Source of the DNA: Oopsacas minuta
Lineage: Eukaryota > Animalia > Porifera
DNA length: 64,000 bases
NCBI GenBank assembly: GCA_024704765.1
Contig: JAKMXF010000111.1
Location: 1,437,627 to 1,501,626, forward strand
Direction: 5' to 3'
The number at the start of each line of letters is the position of its first letter. The stretch's first letter is position 1. The notes below the pieces were generated by a model. That model was given only the letters and a program-made list of their open reading frames with translations. It searched no databases and had not been told where the DNA came from. The translations under genes and the position numbers were made by a program. Shown here piece by piece: positions 58,501 to 64,000 of the stretch.

Positions 58501-60773
58501 TATCAAATCACATAAACACATAAACAGTCAAACAGCATGAATTAATTGTATAATATACTCCGATCATTGCTCATCACATGACCCACGTATACTTCAACTA
58601 ATAGGGCTAGTATATGAGCTAACATATTGAAGTGTACTGGTACTGCACAAATTTATGGTATCATTGAATAGTATGATAGATATAACGGATTCACAGTGCC
58701 TGATAAGGTATCGGGAATAACAACACATACCGTAAAATGTCTATATAATATACTAACCTCTGTCTGTGATATAGCTCCCATTCTGATCTGATCAAAGGCC
58801 CGTGTTAAGAAGCAAGCAAAAGTTGAAACAAATGCAATACGTCTGTTCCTACAGGCTGCTCCTATAGCAACTCCTACCATATTCTGCTCAGCTATGAAGC
58901 ACTCTACATGTCTATCAGGATATTTATCCTTGTAGTCCTGAGCAAAAGTACTATTTTTCGTGTCAGCATCAAAAGTAGTGATTAGCGGGCTGTTGTCTCC
59001 CATCTTGGCTAGAGCCACTCCATAGGCTTTCCTAACCGCTGCGTTATCTCCTATTTTGTAGTTAGGCGGGGAACTGAGAGTAATAGGACTCAGTTCTATT
59101 TTAGGGGCATCATCCTCGAATGGGGTTAATCCAAGTTTTATGGCAGCTGTATTCTGAATTTTACCAGAAATCTCTGCCTCTATTTCGTTGTGATCAGATT
59201 TCAATGCTTTCCCGTGATATCCGTGCTTGTCAGAAACCTGTATGTTACAATATAATATATTTGATTATTATAATTTATGTTGTGAGACCGCCGAGCCCAG
59301 GAGGATCAGCCGTATATAAATGCTGCCTCGAACCATTTGCTATATACAGTGGAACCTCATTAATACAAACACAAACGGATGGAAGGTCAAAATTTGTTCG
59401 CTTTATCCGGAGTAATTAACTTGAATTTTAGCACGTCTTATCCAGAAATTTGTATTAACTGTGTTGGTATAAATGAGGTTTCACTGTATATATATAATAT
59501 ACGAGCCGCTTCGCTTGCTCGCGTGCGTGGAATGCGGACACTTTGTGTTCGCATGTGACTCGGCACTTCGTACCTCGAGTTTAGCTAAGTATAAATTGCA
59601 AAATGAATTACTATATATTTCAAATATTTTCTTACTTATATATTATATAAGTTATTTGATTCATAAAAATAACAATAAATTTAAATATTAGAAACTTGAA
59701 AATGCAAAATTCGGATTCAGTCGATTTAACATTCCGACTCAGCATACCTTATCAACATAGGCGTCGGACCCCACCCGGCATGGGCCGGAGTTATGTTAGT
59801 GAATTGTTTTATGCCGTGGATGTAGCTGGCCAATAGTTATTGGAAAGACAATTAATTGGGAAGGGATCAGGGTCTATTTGACATTTTACTAGCTAAAATC
59901 GGGATACGATAGTATACTTTAGGCGAATATGTATATTTAAAGATAATCGTGTTAACCTTGGTAGATCCGTGACCTTTGTATGTCTTAGCTATAACACAAG
60001 TGGGTTTATCCTTAACAGTCTTAGCCTCATCGAATATCTGAATAAGTTCCTCTACTGAGTGACCATTGATAACTTTAGTGTGAAATCCAAAAGCATCTGC
60101 TCTCTTCCTGTAGGTTTCTGTGTCGTGCTGTAGTTGTGTCGGTTCTGATTGTCCGAGCCTGTTAACGTCAATGATCAGCACTAAGTTGTCCAGCTTGTAG
60201 TAAGCAGCAAAAGCCATAGCCTCCCAGTTAGAGCCCTCAGCAGACTCTCCATCTCCCAGCACTACGTATACTCTGTAGCTAGCTTTATCGAAGTATTTGC
60301 CTACGTAAGCCATTCCACATCCACAGCTCAACCCCTGTCCTAAAGACCCGGTAGCTACATCCACGAAATTGAGCCGGGGGGTAGGGTGTCCTTCAATATC
60401 AGACTCATTCTACAGTTACAAAGAATAATACAATAGGTATCGCTTATACCATATACGGATATAATACAGATTGTATATGAATGAATATCACCTGTCTCAG
60501 AGAGAGGTTCTGCTCCTCAGTCAAGAGACCTGCTGCAGTCCAGGCGGCGTAGAGGACAGGGGCAGCGTGTCCCTTGGAGAGAATGAATCTGTCACTACTG
60601 GGATGTTTGGGGAACTCTTTCGACTGCTTGAGGGTGTGGAAGAATAGAACTGACATTACTTCAGCAATACTGAAGCAGGAGGTCGGGTGACCGGAACCTG
60701 CCTTGGTTGTAGAAGCCAGACTATATAGTCTAATCTTGTTTGCAATGTCATTCAATTCCTGAATATCTGCCAT
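55566..60773 (-). CDS. TKT: Transketolase (animal type), 5 exons, 616 aa
   Basis: Exons 60492-60773, 59957-60409, 58758-59237, 56113-56461, 55566-55852. Motifs [76 protein letters not shown]. Confidence 0.96.
57065..58264 (+). CDS. Uncharacterised secreted or membrane-anchored protein (possible beta-sandwich/FN3-like region, basic C-terminus), nested antisense in TKT intron 3
   Basis: 399-aa intronless ORF with a hydrophobic N-terminal segment ([15 protein letters not shown]), alternating beta-strand patterns, 4 Cys and a Lys/Arg-rich tail. No family recognised. Confidence 0.6.
   Translation: MKISTVLEYITMLLLLILLLSISLNIHSSLAQKYTDVYPTTDRRESNDYEERDNTIVLSNKLSLEKKISLNPEDLHLPVMVVGQLINGNIYIEWLYPSTERVNLTIIVRIGNFINGENVLSDYKSTEQIASEIGYIPVNLPDDYEYDYVYFQICTEIIGKISKLSDHGIEELSDKCTRSQIVLADRDNKIEMKILKTRTLEDRVEFEFNSEISIEADKSTNLQCIATDLNNQKDKRKQFSIQYLKTYIGRSGSSLITTKALSKNSTYKCILQVNSPNYYQLYSSEIISFSITKKGKNKITNPGQVILGNKKRVRKTATTKLDPAVIKRLKANKATGRGRGQKHLPKNVNPRMYNIRTVEQISQETKNKVKARLSAYYIEKPTEESQNQKKYSINQQRNC
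59347..59486. mobile_element. pogo/Tc1-like MITE in TKT intron 2
   Basis: TIRs CAGTG(G/A)AACCTCATT(A/T)ATAC; TA flanks. Confidence 0.82.
59502..59748 (-). mobile_element. Helitron-like family B copy (5'-truncated)
   Basis: 3' end CGAGCAAGCGAAGCGGCTCG|T on the minus strand; internal blocks shared with the 53058 and 52364 copies. Confidence 0.6.
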
Positions 60774-62134
60774 TAGTGAATAGATCTAGCAAATTTGTAG
60801 ACGTTTAATAAAGAAGAAATCAGAAATCAAGCTTTTATGTGTAGGGAGAGCCTACTGAAGGAAGAATCTAGAGATAAACTAGAATAGGATGATCTGTTAA
60901 TTAATTTGTAGAATATTCAAATTACCATTATCTGAGATCTGTTAAAACACTGCACTGATCATATATGGATAGGTAGTGTTTCAAAGTAAATGAAAGATAT
61001 TGAACCTTATGATTAGGTCCAATAATCTGTAAATAATTTATGCATGATGTGACCAATTCACTGGGAAAATATCGACGTATAATTTGTTGGATGCATCGTC
61101 GTGTATGGCCATTCCTAAATTTTTTATCTGAATAGTACCAAAGTTGTGCATGGCCGAATTCAGATGTTTTATGACTAGAACAATGCTATATGCGTATATC
61201 CTGGCCAGGTACCTTATGAACATTAAGTCTTTCACAGAACACTATAGAATTTTGCATGCACGTGTATATTGTATGGCCATTCATCTAGCGTAATTACATT
61301 TCACTAGTAGGGTATTAAAATTATTTCTGGTCAAAAGTGGGAAACACAATTAGTACAAGATTTTGTACTAATTCTGTCTACCTGTTAGCAACTACAACTG
61401 ATTGAGAACCAAAACAAAAATGCTAATAAGCAAACTCTACCGTAACTACAGTTATAGTGGTGACGTATTTTGCGTGAATTTGACTTGCTAATACGCGAAT
61501 TGTTATTAGAGGAACTATTCCAATGGAAAACCATGGAAATTTTGTTAATAGAGCAACATAATCTGCTATTAGAAAAATTGAAAATAGGGCGAAACTCACT
61601 ATACATAGAGAATTACCAATTATAACAGGGCATGGATATTGACTTTATGAGTCAGGACAGGAAAAAGGAAATTAGGACTAAGGTAAGATAATAATTCTCT
61701 GATTCAATGCTGATTAACCGATTACGTCATACATAAGTGTTACGATCGTAATGAAGCCAGAGGTGATGTTGATTTAACTCTCAGATTGGGAGATTGCCAA
61801 CTGAAATCACTATATTTCACTCATATTTTGTCCCACCCTACCCAAAGGATTGGGCCATAATATGCATAAATGGTATCTAAACTAACAGCCAGTCCTTCCC
61901 CAATAAACTGCACTGGACACATAAAGTTAAACTAATTACACTTACAATTATAATGAAATACACCCAATGTAACGATAAATGACAGGTTCATTATTCGGGA
62001 GAGAAATGTGAAAACTTGTGGTGTTCAGAAACGAAAACATTATTAAGAGAGGAGAACGTGGATAGCTCTTGGAGAAGAAAGAATATTCAAATTGAATCGT
62101 AAATCTGTAACAAAATTGTATTTACCATTCTGTA

Positions 62135-62842
62135 TCAAATGGTATTAGAGCTTGAACCATTCACAGCTTCCTCTAACTCGGTTATCCAATGGCTGACTTG
62201 TTCAGAGATTTTAATCTCAGAATTGACCTCTCTGCTGGTTGCTTGCCTAAAAGCACTCAGCTTAGTTTGCACGACATCGACAAGCTTCTCCACTCCCATG
62301 CAGTGAGAGACTAGCTCCTCCTTGCTCATGGCATCTAGACGTGAAGCATGAGCATCTGTGAATGCAGATTCAAAATCGTGATCTAGATAATCAGGAGACG
62401 GCTCATAGATAGGAATAGGTCCGTCAGCGGAGGAGTTACTCTCATTTCCGGAGTCCAGAGAGAAGATATTGACTGCGAGGAGGGAGGAAGGTGTATTCAT
62501 GTGAGGCTGTTCGCTAGGCTTGTCATCCATCAAGAACTGAGTAGTATTATATGGAGCGACAGCCTTCCTCTTCCCCAGCTGTTGCACCTGTTGTAAGTGT
62601 CGCTCAATCCGAAGATTCTCATACTCCTGAAACTCTTGCTTCTCTTCCCAAGTCATCTGGCTGTACGGTTTCCATTTGCGTATCTTCTGTCTACGCTTTC
62701 TCTGTTTACGCTGCTTTCCACCAGAACTCTCTTCTCTGCGGATCTTGACACCAGTGACCTCTTTCTTGTCAGGTTCACTCAAGTTAGAAGAATCAGCCAC
62801 CAACTCTGAAGGCCCTAATTCAGGCTTTTCATGAGTATCCAT
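62135..62842 (-). CDS. HEXIM: HEXIM (P-TEFb inhibitor, 7SK snRNP protein), intronless
   Basis: Basic region KQRKQRKRRQKIRKWKPYSQMTWEEK, APYNTTQFLMDD motif, acidic stretch, and the coiled coil RLDAMSKEELV. Confidence 0.92.
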   Translation of the reverse strand: MDTHEKPELGPSELVADSSNLSEPDKKEVTGVKIRREESSGGKQRKQRKRRQKIRKWKPYSQMTWEEKQEFQEYENLRIERHLQQVQQLGKRKAVAPYNTTQFLMDDKPSEQPHMNTPSSLLAVNIFSLDSGNESNSSADGPIPIYEPSPDYLDHDFESAFTDAHASRLDAMSKEELVSHCMGVEKLVDVVQTKLSAFRQATSREVNSEIKISEQVSHWITELEEAVNGSSSNTI

Positions 62843-64000
62843 GTTGTATACTAATGCAATAACGCTATAATACAGATGCGTAGATCTAACAATGATAACG
62901 AGAAAATCAGAATAATATTATCCACACCCGATTACAACTAACTAATGAATCAAATCTCTATACAGAACTAATATTTGGCAAATAATTTACAGATGATAAA
63001 TGGTTCAGGTATATGTATGTGCAATGGAAAAACTCGGAATGTTATCCGACACAGTTTCGCCTGACAAATGTTAAAATCTTGAGTGTGGCTACAAGGAGAT
63101 GCGATAATTATTTGGAGGTTGTCTGACATTGTACTTAAGTCCGTGGTAGTGAGAAACTGGCGGTCCGAGTCCGGCGAGTGGCGTAGCCAGCCTGGGCACA
63201 GTGTTGGCGCACGACACAAGTAGCATATTTGCGGCACAAGCGCCACCTTGACTACGTAACTGGGTCCGACTAATACGAATACTGGTACATTAATATATAC
63301 ACATTTGGGGGTGGGGATTTGCACCTGAGACTATCAATTTTCTCAAGGTACAATTTCCACACTTTTAATGATATAATTAAAAAATCAAGTTTTCACACCA
63401 TTAATTGCATTCGATGGAATATTCAAAACAAAGTTAGGCTAGGGAGATTGGGTTTCAACAACTTGTTAGAGAATTGGGAGGTGCGTAGAAGCTGATATTT
63501 TCAGAGAATGAAATTTAAAATACACGAAAATATATCATAAAACTTCGATCAAAATTTAGTTAATAATTTCGAAAGATTCTTCGAATATTAGGCATATTCG
63601 TTTTACCCATAATCAAGCCCGGGGGCACGGAAGTGTGCCGGTTAAATCATAGCAGTCATTCGAAAGTGATCCTATTGAAATCTCACCATATAAATAGTAC
63701 TAACAACAGTAAAGTGGCCCTGGGCCAATAAATCAATCATATTTCACGAGTGTGAAGTTGGCAGCGAATTCAAGGAATGAAATTTGAGCACAACTTAACA
63801 CTTAACTCGAATATTCGCTATCTCGAAAGGATTTTGACTTCCCGGGCGTTGACCGCATTTGCATTTATATATTGTTGCCATTATCCGTATTTTTCTATAG
63901 GAGCATTGGATGTACAGTTTTTGAGATGGCAACAGGGAAGCCACCTTGGTATTTACTTTTAAATGATTGTAATAGAATGGATTCTGTAATTATGCACATG

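Noticed and set aside
61038-61606. Short minus-strand ORFs between HEXIM and TKT
   Set aside because: They show no recognisable domain or consistent exon chain.
1-64000. CRISPR arrays, rRNA, tRNA, snRNA or SL RNA genes
   Set aside because: No regularly spaced repeat-spacer array or recognisable RNA gene was seen. An SL RNA or 7SK gene could not be identified by eye.

Overview
Eukaryotic (animal) genomic DNA: AT-rich, gene-dense, with GT-AG introns. HEXIM, CatSper-gamma, an SRCR-like receptor tyrosine kinase and an NHL-repeat remnant point to an early-branching animal, most plausibly a (glass) sponge; the taxon is an inference. Genes in order: VIRMA/virilizer (-, 12 exons, about 1882 aa) hosting two antisense intronless genes (a two-Ig secreted protein and an HS3ST-like sulfotransferase); RBM45 (+); an ependymin-related protein (-); a truncated, order-permuted RTK cassette between about 185-bp inverted repeats (-); CATSPERG (+, many small exons); an LRR-EGF-TM receptor (+); a FLYWCH/MULE transposase pseudogene; a co-oriented block BCAT-COPS3-VAT1-KTI12 (+); an NHL pseudogene; transketolase (-, with another antisense nested gene); and HEXIM (-). 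Intergenic and intronic DNA holds many MITEs (hAT-like and Tc1/pogo-like), non-autonomous Helitron-like elements and palindromes. The two most notable observations are (1) the permuted RTK cassette bounded by inverted repeats and (2) a TAG acceptor 0-12 nt upstream of the start codon of all eight housekeeping genes, consistent with spliced-leader trans-splicing and possibly an operon. All alignments were done by eye, so boundaries of degenerate elements are approximate.
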